60,320 nucleotides of DNA from Pseudomonadota bacterium (GTDB taxonomy: Bacteria > Myxococcota_A > Polyangia > Fen-1088): assembly GCA_017881315.1 (NCBI GenBank), contig JADGRB010000003.1:1-60320 (forward strand). Direction: 5' to 3'. Position 1 is the first letter of the stretch; the number at the start of each line of letters is the position of its first letter. A program made the position numbers and the translations under genes. Under the pieces are notes generated by a model. The model worked only from the letters and a program-made list of their open reading frames with translations, was not told where the DNA came from and did not search any database. Of this stretch, positions 47,418 through 59,114 are shown in pieces.

Positions 47418-48899
47418 GTGATCGACGTGCGTGGCGCGAGCGCGGTGGCGCTCGCGGACGGCGTTCGCGCCGGCAAATGGCGGGCCCGTGACGTCGTCGA
47501 TCGGTACCTCGACAGGATCGCGCGACTCGACCCGGCGCTCGGCTGCTACCTGCTGGTCGACGCGGCCGGCGCCCGGCGGCAGGCCGACGCGGTCGACGCC
47601 GCCCAGAAGGCCGGGCGGGACCCGGGCCCGCTGGCCGGCGTTCCGCTCGGCATCAAGGACATCTTCTGTACCCGCGGGGTCGAGACCACCTGCGCCTCGA
47701 AGATCCTGCGCGGCTTCGTTCCGCCCTACGAATCGACCGCGACCACGCGCCTCGGCGCTGCCGGTGCGGTCTCGCTGGGCAAGCTCAACATGGACGAGTT
47801 CGCGATGGGCTCCTCGACGGAGAACAGCTCCGCCGGGCCCACGCGCAACCCCTGGTCGCCCGCGCACGTGCCGGGCGGATCGTCGGGCGGGTCGGCAGCG
47901 GCGGTGGCCGCGTCGCTCTGCGCGGGCGCGACCGGCACCGACACCGGCGGCTCGATCCGACAGCCGGCCGCGCTGTGCGGCGTGGTCGGAATGAAGCCGA
48001 CCTATGGACGGGTCTCGCGGTACGGCGTCATCGCCTTCGCGTCGTCGCTCGATCACCCGGGGCCGTTTGGGCGCACCGTCGAGGACGCGGCCGCCCTGCT
48101 GGAGGTGATGGCGGGTCCCGACCCGCTCGACGCGACCTCGATCCCGCAGCCGGTGGGTGCCTATCGCCAGGCCGCGCGCGCCGGGGCCGCGGGCCTGGCC
48201 GGCGTTCGTCTCGGGGTGCCGACCGAATATTTTCAAGCCGGGATGGACCCCGAGGTCGAGACCTCGGTGCGCGCGGCGATCGACGAGCTGGCCCGGGCCG
48301 GGGCGAAGATCGTTCCGGTGTCGCTGCCGCACACCAAGTACGCGATCGCGACCTACTACCTCATCTGCACCGCCGAGGCGTCCTCGAACCTCGCGCGCTT
48401 CGACGGGGTTCGCTACGGACACCGTACCGCGCAGGCGCGCTCGCTGGACGAGCTTTACGCCAAGACGCGCGGCGAAGGGTTCGGCGCCGAGCCCAAGCGG
48501 CGCATCATGCTGGGCGCCTACGTCCTGCGCGCCGGTTACTACGAGGCCTACTACGGCAAGGCCTTGCGCGCGCGGCGCAAGATCGCCGACGATTTCTCGG
48601 CCGCCTTCGCCGGCTGCGACGCGATCGTGACGCCGACCTCGCCGGTGCCGGCGTTCAAATTCGGCGAGCGGTCGGCGGACCCGCTGCAGATGTACCTGGC
48701 CGACGTCTACACGGTGGCGCCGGACCTGGCGGGGATCCCGGCGCTCTCGCAACCCTGCGGGCTCACCCGGGCGGGGTTGCCGATCGGTCTTCAGACCATC
48801 GGGCCGGCGCTGGGCGAGGAGATCTGCTTCCGCGTCGCGGGCGCCTTCGAGGCCCGCACCGACTGGCACCAACAACTTCCCCCGGATGCGGCGCCGTGA
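47418..48899 (+). CDS. gatA: Asp/Glu-tRNA amidotransferase subunit A
   Basis: IKDIF, NMDEFAMGSS, GGSSGGS, TDTGGSIRQP, SSNLARFDG. Confidence 0.97.
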   Translation: MIDVRGASAVALADGVRAGKWRARDVVDRYLDRIARLDPALGCYLLVDAAGARRQADAVDAAQKAGRDPGPLAGVPLGIKDIFCTRGVETTCASKILRGFVPPYESTATTRLGAAGAVSLGKLNMDEFAMGSSTENSSAGPTRNPWSPAHVPGGSSGGSAAAVAASLCAGATGTDTGGSIRQPAALCGVVGMKPTYGRVSRYGVIAFASSLDHPGPFGRTVEDAAALLEVMAGPDPLDATSIPQPVGAYRQAARAGAAGLAGVRLGVPTEYFQAGMDPEVETSVRAAIDELARAGAKIVPVSLPHTKYAIATYYLICTAEASSNLARFDGVRYGHRTAQARSLDELYAKTRGEGFGAEPKRRIMLGAYVLRAGYYEAYYGKALRARRKIADDFSAAFAGCDAIVTPTSPVPAFKFGERSADPLQMYLADVYTVAPDLAGIPALSQPCGLTRAGLPIGLQTIGPALGEEICFRVAGAFEARTDWHQQLPPDAAP

Positions 48900-50341
48900 G
48901 CGTCAACGACTATGAGGTGGTCATCGGGCTCGAGGTTCACGTCCAGCTCGCCACCAGGTCGAAGATCTTTTCCTGGTCATCGGCCGCGTTCGGCGGCGAT
49001 CCGAACTCCCACACCGATCCGGTCTGCCTCGGCCTGCCCGGCACGCTGCCGGTCTTGAACCGCGCCGCCGTCGATTCGGCCGTGCGCCTCGGTCTGGCGG
49101 CCGGATGCACGATCCGCACGCGCTGTCGCTTCGCGCGCAAGCACTTCTTCTACGCGGACCTGCCCAAGGGATTTCAGATCTCGCAGTTCGACGAGCCGAT
49201 CTGCGACGGGGGCGCCATCAAATTTCGCCTGCACGGCGAGCTCCGCAGCGTCGCGCTCACGCGCATCCACCTCGAAGAGGACACGGGGAAAAACATCCAC
49301 GCCGCCGCCGGGGTCAGCTTCGTCGACTACAACCGCGCCGGGGTTCCGCTCTGCGAGATCGTGAGCGAGCCCGACATTCGCTCGGCCGAGGAGGCCGCCG
49401 AATACGTCCGGGCGGTCCGGGCGCTGGTCCGTTACCTCGGCATCGGCGACGGGAACATGGAAGAGGGATCGCTCCGCTGCGACGCCAACGTCTCCTTGCG
49501 AATTCGCGGCGCCGCCGCCTATGGCACCAAGGCGGAGATCAAGAACATGAACTCGTTCAAGAACGTGCGCGACGCGATCGAGCACGAGATCAAGCGTCAG
49601 GCGACGATCCTCGATCGCGGGGAGCGCGTCGCGCAGGAGACCCGCCTGTGGGACCCCGCCCGGGGCGTGACGCAGTCGATGCGCTCGAAGGAGAGCGCGC
49701 ACGACTACCGCTACTTCCCCGAGCCCGATCTGCCGCCGCTGGTGGTGACCGAGGCGGAGCTGGCGGCGTTTCGCGGAAGCCTCCCCGAGCTTCCCGAAGA
49801 TCGCTTCGCCCGCTACACCGGTTCGGTCGGCCTGTCGCCGCAGGACGCGGGGGTGCTGGTCGCCGATCACGAGATCGCCAGCTACTTCGATGCCGTCGTC
49901 TCGGCCGGCGCGCCGCCCAAGCGGGCCGCCAACTGGCTCATCAACGAGGTGCTGGCGCGCGCCGCCGACCCGCGCCGGCTGGGCGACGCCGATCTGCCGG
50001 TCCCGCCGCCCGCGCTCGCGGAACTGGTCAAGCTGGTGGAAGACGGGACGCTCTCCGGCAAGCTTGCGAAGGATGTATTCGCGCGCATGTGGACCGAGCG
50101 GCGCACGGCGGGCGAGATCGTCAAAGCAGAGGGGCTCGCTCAGGTCTCTGACAGCTCCGCGCTCGAGGCGATCTGCCAGCGCATCGTCGCCGCCCATCCC
50201 GAAGAGGTGGCCCGGGTTCACAACAATCCGAAGCTGATCGGTTTCTTCGTCGGCGCGGTCATGAAGGAGACCGGCGGCAAGGGGAACCCCAAGGCCATCA
50301 ACGACATCCTCCGGCGTCTTTTGGGCCCCGCCTCGTCCTGA
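48896..50341 (+). CDS. gatB: Asp/Glu-tRNA amidotransferase subunit B
   Basis: IGLEVHVQL, IHLEED, EEGSLRCDAN, EIKNMNSF, DYRYFPEPDL. Confidence 0.97.
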   Translation: MSVNDYEVVIGLEVHVQLATRSKIFSWSSAAFGGDPNSHTDPVCLGLPGTLPVLNRAAVDSAVRLGLAAGCTIRTRCRFARKHFFYADLPKGFQISQFDEPICDGGAIKFRLHGELRSVALTRIHLEEDTGKNIHAAAGVSFVDYNRAGVPLCEIVSEPDIRSAEEAAEYVRAVRALVRYLGIGDGNMEEGSLRCDANVSLRIRGAAAYGTKAEIKNMNSFKNVRDAIEHEIKRQATILDRGERVAQETRLWDPARGVTQSMRSKESAHDYRYFPEPDLPPLVVTEAELAAFRGSLPELPEDRFARYTGSVGLSPQDAGVLVADHEIASYFDAVVSAGAPPKRAANWLINEVLARAADPRRLGDADLPVPPPALAELVKLVEDGTLSGKLAKDVFARMWTERRTAGEIVKAEGLAQVSDSSALEAICQRIVAAHPEEVARVHNNPKLIGFFVGAVMKETGGKGNPKAINDILRRLLGPASS

Positions 50342-50345
50342 TCCC

Positions 50346-50373
50346 TTGACAGCGGGCCGGCGTTCCCTAGACT
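50346..50373 (+). promoter_or_regulatory. sigma70-type promoter of rplU-rpmA-obgE
   Basis: TTGACA, 16 bp, TAGACT; SD-like GGAGG before rplU. Confidence 0.6.
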
Positions 50374-50403
50374 ACGCCGCTTCGCCTGGGAGGCCCAAGT
50401 TCG

Positions 50404-50760
50404 ATGTACGCCGTGATCGCTTCTGGAGGAAAACAATACCGCGTGAGCGAGGGGGAGACCCTGCGCGTGGAGAAGCTGGTGGGGCCGGCCGGCACCAAGG
50501 TGACGTTCGGGCCGCTGCTCTTCGCAGACGACGGCGGGGGCGTTCAGGTGGGAAAGCCGACCGTCGCGGGCGTCACCGTCGAGGCTGAGATCCTCGAGCA
50601 GGGCCTGGGCAAGAAGATCATCATCTTCAAGTACAAGCGACGGAAGAGCTATCGCCGCAAGGCGGGCCACCGCCAGCCGTTCACCTCGCTCAAGATCACC
50701 GCGATCAATGCCGGCGTGGCCACGGCTGGCAGCGCAGGCAGCGTAGGATCGAAGGCCTAG
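50404..50760 (+). CDS. rplU: 50S ribosomal protein L21
   Basis: [28 protein letters not shown]. Confidence 0.97.
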   Translation: MYAVIASGGKQYRVSEGETLRVEKLVGPAGTKVTFGPLLFADDGGGVQVGKPTVAGVTVEAEILEQGLGKKIIIFKYKRRKSYRRKAGHRQPFTSLKITAINAGVATAGSAGSVGSKA

Positions 50761-50762
50761 CC

Positions 50763-51044
50763 ATGGCACACAAGAAAGGCCAAGGCAGCTCCCGCAACGG
50801 CCGCGATTCGCAGTCGCAGCGGCGGGGCATCAAGCGCCACGCCGGGCAGGTCGTGCTGGCCGGCAACATCCTGGTCCGTCAGGTCGGGACGGTCGTCCAC
50901 CCGGGCCGGAACGTCGGCATGGGGCGGGACTTCACGCTGTTCGCGCTCAAGGCCGGCGAGGTCAAGTACGTCAAGTCGGGCCCGCGCACGGTGGTCAGCA
51001 TCGTGGCGGCGCCGGCCGACGTGACGCCGGCGGCCAGCGCCTAA
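50763..51044 (+). CDS. rpmA: 50S ribosomal protein L27
   Basis: [23 protein letters not shown]. Confidence 0.98.
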   Translation: MAHKKGQGSSRNGRDSQSQRRGIKRHAGQVVLAGNILVRQVGTVVHPGRNVGMGRDFTLFALKAGEVKYVKSGPRTVVSIVAAPADVTPAASA

Positions 51045-51072
51045 GCGCGCTGGTTTCGCCCGAGGCGCGTGA

Positions 51073-52158
<1,086 letters not shown>

Positions 52159-52216
52159 GCTCCCCGCCGTGCCTCGCGCGGCCGGTTTGGGGGGGACGGA
52201 CCAGCGGATCGGACGT

Positions 52217-52271
52217 TCGGAAGTCGGAAGTCGGGTCGGAAGGCGGAAGGAAGCCGGAAGTCGGAAGTCGG
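52217..52271 (+). repeat. Intergenic heptamer repeat (NCGGAAG)n
   Basis: TCGGAAG x4 plus GCGGAAG, CCGGAAG and partial units. Confidence 0.85.
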
Positions 52272-52298
52272 TTGTGGAAAACGCGGAAAAGCCGAAGA

Positions 52299-52327
52299 TT
52301 GACCGCACTTGCGGGTCCTGATATAGA
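52299..52327 (+). promoter_or_regulatory. Putative promoter of the Glt-like operon
   Basis: TTGACC, 17 bp, TATAGA preceded by TG-n. Confidence 0.45.
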
Positions 52328-52400
52328 ACATCGGCTTCATTGCTGCTCCGCACTTCGGCCCTCTCCATACGCCCCTTCAATCGCCTGACGGAGTTACGAC

Positions 52401-53174
52401 ATGACATCGCTGCGGACAGTTCTTTCGCGTGGGGCGTTCCGCGCCCTGGGGGTAGTGGCGCTCTTAGGGGCGTTGGGCGCTTCAGCGCACGCGCAGACTC
52501 CGCCGCCTGCCGCGTCCGCCACGCCGTCACCTCCGCCCGCACCATCGGCCGCGCCGCCCGCGCCCGCTGACGCCGCGGCGGCGACGCCGCCGGCTCCCGG
52601 TGGCGGCGCTGGCGCCGGCGCCGATCCGGGTGCCTACACCGTTCGCCTCCGCTCGCTCGAGAAGAACGTCAACGAGCTCAAGGAGCAGATCTTTCGGACC
52701 AAGGCCCGCCTCAACCTCCTCAAGGAGACGGTCCTGGGCGGCGTGATCGGCGCCTCCCGGGCGATCATCCACCACAAGAACGAGATGGGCAGCTCCTTCA
52801 AGCTGATCAAGGCGGCCTACGCGCTCGACGGTGTCCAGATCTTCGCCAAGGCGGACGACACCGGCGCGCTGGCCGAGATGCAGGACTTCGACGTCTACAA
52901 CGGCGCCATCCAGCCCGGATCGCACACGCTGTCGGTCGCCCTGACCTACCAGGGGAACGGCTTCGGCGTGTTCAGCTACCTCAAGGGCTACAAATTCAAC
53001 GTCAAGTCCAGCCACACCTTCGTGGCCGGGGATTCGAAGACCACCAACATCACGGTGGTCGGGTACGAAAAAGGAAACATCACCACACAGCTTTCGGACA
53101 AGCCGGCGGTGGACTTCCGCGTGAACGTCATCTCGGCTGGCGAGGGTGGGGCGACTGCGGCGGCGAAGAAGTAA
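52401..53174 (+). CDS. Secreted coiled-coil / beta-sandwich protein leading the TPR operon
   Basis: Signal peptide (AHA), Pro-rich linker, LEKNVNELKEQIFRTKARL coil, GFGVFSYLKGYKF. Confidence 0.75.
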   Translation: MTSLRTVLSRGAFRALGVVALLGALGASAHAQTPPPAASATPSPPPAPSAAPPAPADAAAATPPAPGGGAGAGADPGAYTVRLRSLEKNVNELKEQIFRTKARLNLLKETVLGGVIGASRAIIHHKNEMGSSFKLIKAAYALDGVQIFAKADDTGALAEMQDFDVYNGAIQPGSHTLSVALTYQGNGFGVFSYLKGYKFNVKSSHTFVAGDSKTTNITVVGYEKGNITTQLSDKPAVDFRVNVISAGEGGATAAAKK

Positions 53175-53187
53175 CCAAGCAGGGTCG

Positions 53188-55482
53188 ATGAAACAGGCGC
53201 AGGTCTTAGTCGCCGCGCTAACGCTCGGTGCGGTGGGTCTCTTCGGTTCGCGGGCACGCGCGGATGAGGTGGACGATTACGTAAAGAAGCTGATCGACCT
53301 CGATCTGCGCGTCCACACGATGGCCCTCGAGTTCAGGGAGACGCCGCCGCCCACGCCGGACGCCGCCGATCGCCGGGTGCTCGACGCGCAGGTCCAGCTC
53401 AGCATCAAGAACTACGACGAAGCGGCCACGATGGCGCTCGACGTCGTCGAGAAGTATCCCAACTCGCGAGCTTACGACGACGCGCTCTTTCTGCTGGGCG
53501 AGGCGCTCTTCCAGGCACGTGATTTCTATTCGGCCCGCCACTATCTGGTGGAGGCGGTCGCCAAGAACACCGGCTCCAAGTCCGAGCAGCAGGCCCTGCA
53601 GCGCCTGGTCGAGGTCGCGCTGCACACGGGCGACTACGATAACGTCGACAGCTACCTGACCCGCCTGCAGAACGTGCCGGCCTCCGCGATGGAGCCGACC
53701 GTCCCCTACGTCCGAGGCAAGTACTACTTCTTCCGCGGCCGGCTCGACGACGCGTCGATGGTGTTCTCGTCGATCCCCGCGACCAATCCCTACTACTTTC
53801 AGGCCCGTTATTTCCTGGCGACCCTGCAGGTCAAGCGCGGCGATCTGGCCGGTGCGACCAAGTCGTTCGACGACCTGCTCAAGCAGCAGGCGCCCGACGA
53901 TACCGGCAAGGACATCCAGGACCTGGCGCGTCTCGCCATCGCGCGCATCTACTACGAGCGGTCGCAGTTCGACAAAGCGATCGAGGCCTACTCGTCGATC
54001 GGGCGGCAATCGACCTACTGGTCGGAGGCGCTGCGCGAGCAGGCCTGGACGTACATCAAGGCCAAGGATTGGCAGCGGGCCTATCGGTCGGTGAATCTGC
54101 TCTTGCTCTACGATCCCGACACGGCCGATGCGCCCGACCTGCGGCTGCTCGAGGGGAACCTCCAGCTGCGGATGAGCAATTTCTACCTGGCCAGCGACGA
54201 GTTCAGCAAGGTCCGGGACGAGTTCGAGCCGATTCACCGCCAGCTCCAGCAGGTGATCGTGAAGTCTCAGACCGACCCGGCCTACTTCGATTCGCTGGTC
54301 GGCAAGAGCCTCGACAAGTTCGACATCGGTGCCTTCGTGCCGCCCACGGCCGCGAAGTGGGTGAAGTCCGAGCCCGACGTCGCCCGCATGATGACGCTCG
54401 CGACCGACGTGGGCGAGATGCAGCGCGATCTCGCCGACAGCCAAAAGTTGGTTGAACGGATCGAGCACGTCATGCAGGGGAGCGGGCGCGTCGGGATCTT
54501 TCCCGATCTGGCTTCGGCGCGGACCAAGGCCATCGAGATGACCAACCTGGTGGTGGAGACCCGCGAGAAGTTCGTGCGGAAGATTCGCGCGATCATCGAC
54601 TCGGTCCTGACCGCCGAAGAGAGGAAGCAGCTCGATCATCTGGCGATCGAGCGCGACGGTTACGAGCGACAGACGAATCGGCCCACCACCGACGAGGGGG
54701 TCAAGGCGCACGAGCGCACGATGAAGGGGCAGTTCGGGGAGCTCGATCGTCAGGTCTCGGAGATGAACGTCGAGATCCAGGCCCTCGAGGCCCAGCTGGT
54801 CGCGGTCGAGCAGTACTATCGGGTCTCGCGCTCCGAGCAGAAGATCCGCCCGGAGGACATCGAAGGGCCCGTGCGCGACATGCGGACGGCGATCGACGAG
54901 CTGCGCGCCATGCACGACAAGCTGCGCGAGGAGATCGCGGACGCGACCCACGACGCGGCCAGCTCCGGCTCCGCCGATCAGGCCGAGCACGAGACAGCCC
55001 AGAAGCTCTCGGAGGTCTTGAGCAAGGAGCTCGCCATCGAGCGGCAAGCCGCGGCGCGCCTCGGCGGCGCCGATCGGGCGCAGGTCGACCGGATCTACGA
55101 CCTGCTCGCGCGCTGCGACGCCATCGACGTCCAGCTCAACGCCTTCGACAAGCGCGTCGAAGGTCAGGTCGGTGTGCGGATCGCGACCGTGACCCGCTAT
55201 CTGTCGGGCGCGAAGGAGCAGCTGGCCCTGGCAGGCGAGAAGCTCGGCTCGGTGCTGGACGAATCGAAGGCTCTCGGCGGCGGTCTGGCCCAGGCGATGT
55301 TCACCCGGGTCGCGGAGAAGTTCTACGATCTGGTGGTTCGTTCCGACGTCGGCATCATCGACGTTTCGTGGGGCCTCAAGGATCAGAAGACCCAGGCCGT
55401 CACCAAGCTCACCAGCCTCAAGAACCTGGAGCTCAAGGCGCTCGACGAGGATTTTCGTAAGGTTCTGGAGGAGGACAAGTGA
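53188..55482 (+). CDS. Exported TPR and coiled-coil protein (GltC/NfsC-like)
   Basis: Signal peptide, multiple TPRs, C-terminal coil ending in DVGIIDVSW. Confidence 0.7.
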   Translation: MKQAQVLVAALTLGAVGLFGSRARADEVDDYVKKLIDLDLRVHTMALEFRETPPPTPDAADRRVLDAQVQLSIKNYDEAATMALDVVEKYPNSRAYDDALFLLGEALFQARDFYSARHYLVEAVAKNTGSKSEQQALQRLVEVALHTGDYDNVDSYLTRLQNVPASAMEPTVPYVRGKYYFFRGRLDDASMVFSSIPATNPYYFQARYFLATLQVKRGDLAGATKSFDDLLKQQAPDDTGKDIQDLARLAIARIYYERSQFDKAIEAYSSIGRQSTYWSEALREQAWTYIKAKDWQRAYRSVNLLLLYDPDTADAPDLRLLEGNLQLRMSNFYLASDEFSKVRDEFEPIHRQLQQVIVKSQTDPAYFDSLVGKSLDKFDIGAFVPPTAAKWVKSEPDVARMMTLATDVGEMQRDLADSQKLVERIEHVMQGSGRVGIFPDLASARTKAIEMTNLVVETREKFVRKIRAIIDSVLTAEERKQLDHLAIERDGYERQTNRPTTDEGVKAHERTMKGQFGELDRQVSEMNVEIQALEAQLVAVEQYYRVSRSEQKIRPEDIEGPVRDMRTAIDELRAMHDKLREEIADATHDAASSGSADQAEHETAQKLSEVLSKELAIERQAAARLGGADRAQVDRIYDLLARCDAIDVQLNAFDKRVEGQVGVRIATVTRYLSGAKEQLALAGEKLGSVLDESKALGGGLAQAMFTRVAEKFYDLVVRSDVGIIDVSWGLKDQKTQAVTKLTSLKNLELKALDEDFRKVLEEDK

Positions 55483-58400
55483 TGGGCCGTCCGTCGCTCG
55501 CCGGCCGCATGGCGGCCCTCGCGCTGGCAGCCTCGCTGGCCTGGGGGGGATCCTCGGGCCGTGCCCGCGCGGCCGCCACCGGTCCGAGCGGAGCCATCGC
55601 GCGCGGGACAGCCGTCGATCCGCGGCTGCTCGACGACATGGCGAAGGACGTGCAGCGCTTCGCCGACATGGTCACCGAATACCGGGGGACCGCGCGCCAG
55701 ATCCTGAAGCGCACCTACCTGGATCGAATCAAGGAAGTTAACGCCAAGTACGACTCGCAGATCGACATGAACGACCGCGACGCCCGCGACCGGCGCCGCG
55801 ACGCGATCGCGATGTTCGAGGCGTTCCTCCTCAAGTATCCCAACGACAAGCGCTGGACGCCGGACGCGATGTTCCGGCTGGCCGAGCTCTACTACGAGAA
55901 GTCTGCCGAGGAATTCCTGGACGCCGACGAGGCGTACAAGAAGATGATCGACAGCCCGAATCCGCCGACCGCGCCGCCGCCGCGGGTCGACTACACGCCG
56001 ACCATCAACCTCTACCGGCGCCTGCTCACCGAGTTCCCCACCTACAGGTTCCTGGACGCCACCTACTACCTGCTCGGCTTCTGCCTGGGCGAGATGGGCG
56101 AGGACGTCCAGGCCAAGCAGGCGCTGCTGGCGCTGGTCTGCGCGAACAAGTACAAGCCGCTCGACACGCCGCCGCCCGCCCCCCCGCTGCAGGTCCGCTC
56201 CGGTCAGCGATCGCCCGGCGGCGACGACGAGGCCTACAAGAGCTGCACGCCCGTGCGCAAGGATTCGAAGTTCATCCCCGAGGCCTGGACGCGGATCGGC
56301 GAGTTTCACTTCGACAACCCGAACGAGCTGCGGCTCGCCATCGCGGCGTTTCGCAAGGTGCTCACCTTCAAGGATTCGCCCTACTACGACCGCGCGCTCT
56401 ACAAGCTGGCCTGGTCGTACTACCGCGACAACCGCTTCCCGGAGGCGGTTCGCGAGTTCGACAACCTGGTCAAGTACGCCGACGCGCGCACGGCGGCGGG
56501 GCAGAAGGTGGGCTCAGACCTGCGTCCCGAGGCGGTCCAGTACCTGGGCGTCAGCTTCGCCGAGCCCGACTGGGACGGCGACGGGGCGCCCGATCCGATC
56601 AACGGCCTGCAGCGCGCGCTCGACTTTTACAAGGGGCGCGAGGCCGAGCCCCACGTGCGCGAGGTGTTCCAGCGCCTGGGCGACATCTACTTCGATCAGA
56701 CGAAATACCAGGACGCGATCGCGGTCTACAAGACGCTGCTCTCCAAGTGGCCCTACTACGTCGACGCGCCCAAGGTGCAGGACCGGATCATCCACGCCTA
56801 CGAGAAGGACCGTAACCTCGTCGCGGCGGCGATCGCGCGGGAGGCGCTGGGCCGCAACTACACCAAGGGGAGCGACTGGTACAACCACAACCGCGACAAC
56901 CCGGATGCGCTGGCCGCCGCCCAGGAGCTGGCCGAGGACGCGCTGCTCACGGCGGCCACCAACGTCCACGCCCAGGCGCAGGCCTGCAAGACCAAGTGGC
57001 TGGAGAACCAGAAGGACACCGCCAAGCTCCAGGAGTGCAAGAAGGAGTACGCCACGGCGGCCGAGCTCTACGAGAAGTACCTGACGGTTTATCCGAACTC
57101 CAAGCGGGTCTACGAGTTCTCGGCGTTCTACGCCGACGCCCTCTACTACTCGGGCCAGCTGACCCAGGCCATCGCCGCCTACAAGGTCGTTCGCGACTCC
57201 GTGCTCGACAACCGGTTCCAGGAGGACTCGGCCTTCCGGATGATCAAGGCCTACGAGGAGATCATCGCCGATCTCAAGCAGCAGAAGAAGATCGAAGACC
57301 CGCCCATCCCCGACGAGAAGAACACCAAGCCGCCGGTCGTCGCCACCCCGATGCCGGACATCTACAAAAAGTACCTGGAGGCGATCGACTGGTACGTCAC
57401 CAACGTCAAGAACGACCGCGCCCCGGATCTCAAGTATGCGGCGGCGGTCATCGTGCTGCGCTATCGCGACTGGGCGGCCGCCCGCGAGCGGCTCGGCGCC
57501 ATCACCACCCAGTACTGCGGCACCAAGTCGGACGTCGGCTTCAAGTCCTACGACGCGATCCTGCAGACCTACTTCATCGACTACGGCATCGAGGACGAGG
57601 AGCAGAAGGACTGCGCGCTCGGCAAGCTGCTCACGGTGGTCGATCAGTTCAGCGAATCACCCTGCGGCAAGGCGCCGGAGGCCAAGGCCTACCTGTCTCG
57701 CATCGCCCAGATCAAGTCGTCGGTCAAGACCACCATCATCACCAAGCGCCTCCAGCTGTCGATGGAGAACGAGGAGAAGGGCACCCACAAGGAGCTGGTG
57801 ATGTGCCAGTCCGGATCGGGCGGCATCGCGCTCGTCACCGGCACGGCGGCCCCCCCGCTCAAGCCGGGCGAAAAGGCGCCGCCGCCCGGCACGACGCCCA
57901 ACAAGATCTCGACCGAGCTCGACGCTGGCCTCGCCCTCGACCTCATCGACATCGTGAACGCGAATCCCAAGGATGCCGGCGCGCCGACGGCGCTCAACAA
58001 CGCCTGCGTCATCTACGAGAAGCTGTTCCAGTTCGGGCAGGCGACCAAGTGCTACGAGCGCCTGTACCAGGACTACCCGGATTCGGAGTGGGGCAAGGAG
58101 GCGCTCTGGAACTCGTCGCGGAACCACTACCGCTTCTTCGAGTTCGATCAGGCGGTCAAGGGCTACCTGACCGTCGCCCAGGATCCCAAGTTCGCCGCGT
58201 CCGAGCACCGCAAGGAGGCCCTCGGGTTGGTGGCGTCCCTCCTCGACAACGATCAGCAGTACCCGCGCGCGGCCGAGCTCTACAAGAAATACTCGGAGAC
58301 CATCACCGACAAGCCGCAGGACAGCGCCCAGGCCTACTTCTTCGCCTGTAACGCCTACGAGAAGGCGCACGACCAGGGCAAGCAGGTCGGCTGCCTCAAG

Positions 58401-59114
58401 GACTTCATCAAGCACTTCGACAAGCAGGCGACCGCCGGCGAGTACGTCGTCCAGGCCTACATGAAGCTGGCGGTCATCGCCGAAGGCAGCTCGCGCAACA
58501 AGAACGACGTCCTGGCCGCCTACAAGCGGGTGCGCGACGAGTTCATCTCCCGCAAGCTGCCGGCGGCGACGCCGGCGGCCGGCTTCGCCGCCAAGGCCGA
58601 CTTCCTGATCATGGAGGAGAAGTTCAAGGCCTTCCAGAAGAAGGAGCTGAAGTTCGGCGCCAAGCCGGAGCAGATCAAGAAGGTCTTCGAGTCATTCACC
58701 AGTGAGGCCAAGCAGCTCAACGAGGACTACCAGAAGATCTGGAACTACAAGGACGCCACCTGGACCTTGGCCTCGTTCCTGCGTACCGGCGACGTCTACT
58801 ACGAGTTCGCGCAGAAGCTGATCAAGGCCGCGGACACACCCCCCGACGACCTAAAGAAGCTGGCCAAGCAGGCCTGCAAGCTGAACCCCGACGACTGCGG
58901 CGTCGTCGAGGGGCAGTACAAGGACGCCATCTACCAGTTCGTCACCCCCATCGAGGACGAGGCCAAGAAGCGCTGGCGGGACACCCTGGCGCGCGCCTCG
59001 CAGCTCGGCGTCACCAACGACTACGTCAAGAAGGCCCGCGAGAACCTCTCCAAGTATCTGCCGGACGAGTTCCCCTTCATCAAGGACGAGCGCGTCGGTC
59101 TGGAGTACCCATGA
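55479..59114 (+). CDS. Large exported TPR protein (GltD/AgmU-like)
   Basis: 1211 aa, signal peptide, many TPRs (ALYKLAWSYY), DLRPEAVQYL; coupled to neighbouring genes. Confidence 0.75.
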   Translation: MMGRPSLAGRMAALALAASLAWGGSSGRARAAATGPSGAIARGTAVDPRLLDDMAKDVQRFADMVTEYRGTARQILKRTYLDRIKEVNAKYDSQIDMNDRDARDRRRDAIAMFEAFLLKYPNDKRWTPDAMFRLAELYYEKSAEEFLDADEAYKKMIDSPNPPTAPPPRVDYTPTINLYRRLLTEFPTYRFLDATYYLLGFCLGEMGEDVQAKQALLALVCANKYKPLDTPPPAPPLQVRSGQRSPGGDDEAYKSCTPVRKDSKFIPEAWTRIGEFHFDNPNELRLAIAAFRKVLTFKDSPYYDRALYKLAWSYYRDNRFPEAVREFDNLVKYADARTAAGQKVGSDLRPEAVQYLGVSFAEPDWDGDGAPDPINGLQRALDFYKGREAEPHVREVFQRLGDIYFDQTKYQDAIAVYKTLLSKWPYYVDAPKVQDRIIHAYEKDRNLVAAAIAREALGRNYTKGSDWYNHNRDNPDALAAAQELAEDALLTAATNVHAQAQACKTKWLENQKDTAKLQECKKEYATAAELYEKYLTVYPNSKRVYEFSAFYADALYYSGQLTQAIAAYKVVRDSVLDNRFQEDSAFRMIKAYEEIIADLKQQKKIEDPPIPDEKNTKPPVVATPMPDIYKKYLEAIDWYVTNVKNDRAPDLKYAAAVIVLRYRDWAAARERLGAITTQYCGTKSDVGFKSYDAILQTYFIDYGIEDEEQKDCALGKLLTVVDQFSESPCGKAPEAKAYLSRIAQIKSSVKTTIITKRLQLSMENEEKGTHKELVMCQSGSGGIALVTGTAAPPLKPGEKAPPPGTTPNKISTELDAGLALDLIDIVNANPKDAGAPTALNNACVIYEKLFQFGQATKCYERLYQDYPDSEWGKEALWNSSRNHYRFFEFDQAVKGYLTVAQDPKFAASEHRKEALGLVASLLDNDQQYPRAAELYKKYSETITDKPQDSAQAYFFACNAYEKAHDQGKQVGCLKDFIKHFDKQATAGEYVVQAYMKLAVIAEGSSRNKNDVLAAYKRVRDEFISRKLPAATPAAGFAAKADFLIMEEKFKAFQKKELKFGAKPEQIKKVFESFTSEAKQLNEDYQKIWNYKDATWTLASFLRTGDVYYEFAQKLIKAADTPPDDLKKLAKQACKLNPDDCGVVEGQYKDAIYQFVTPIEDEAKKRWRDTLARASQLGVTNDYVKKARENLSKYLPDEFPFIKDERVGLEYP

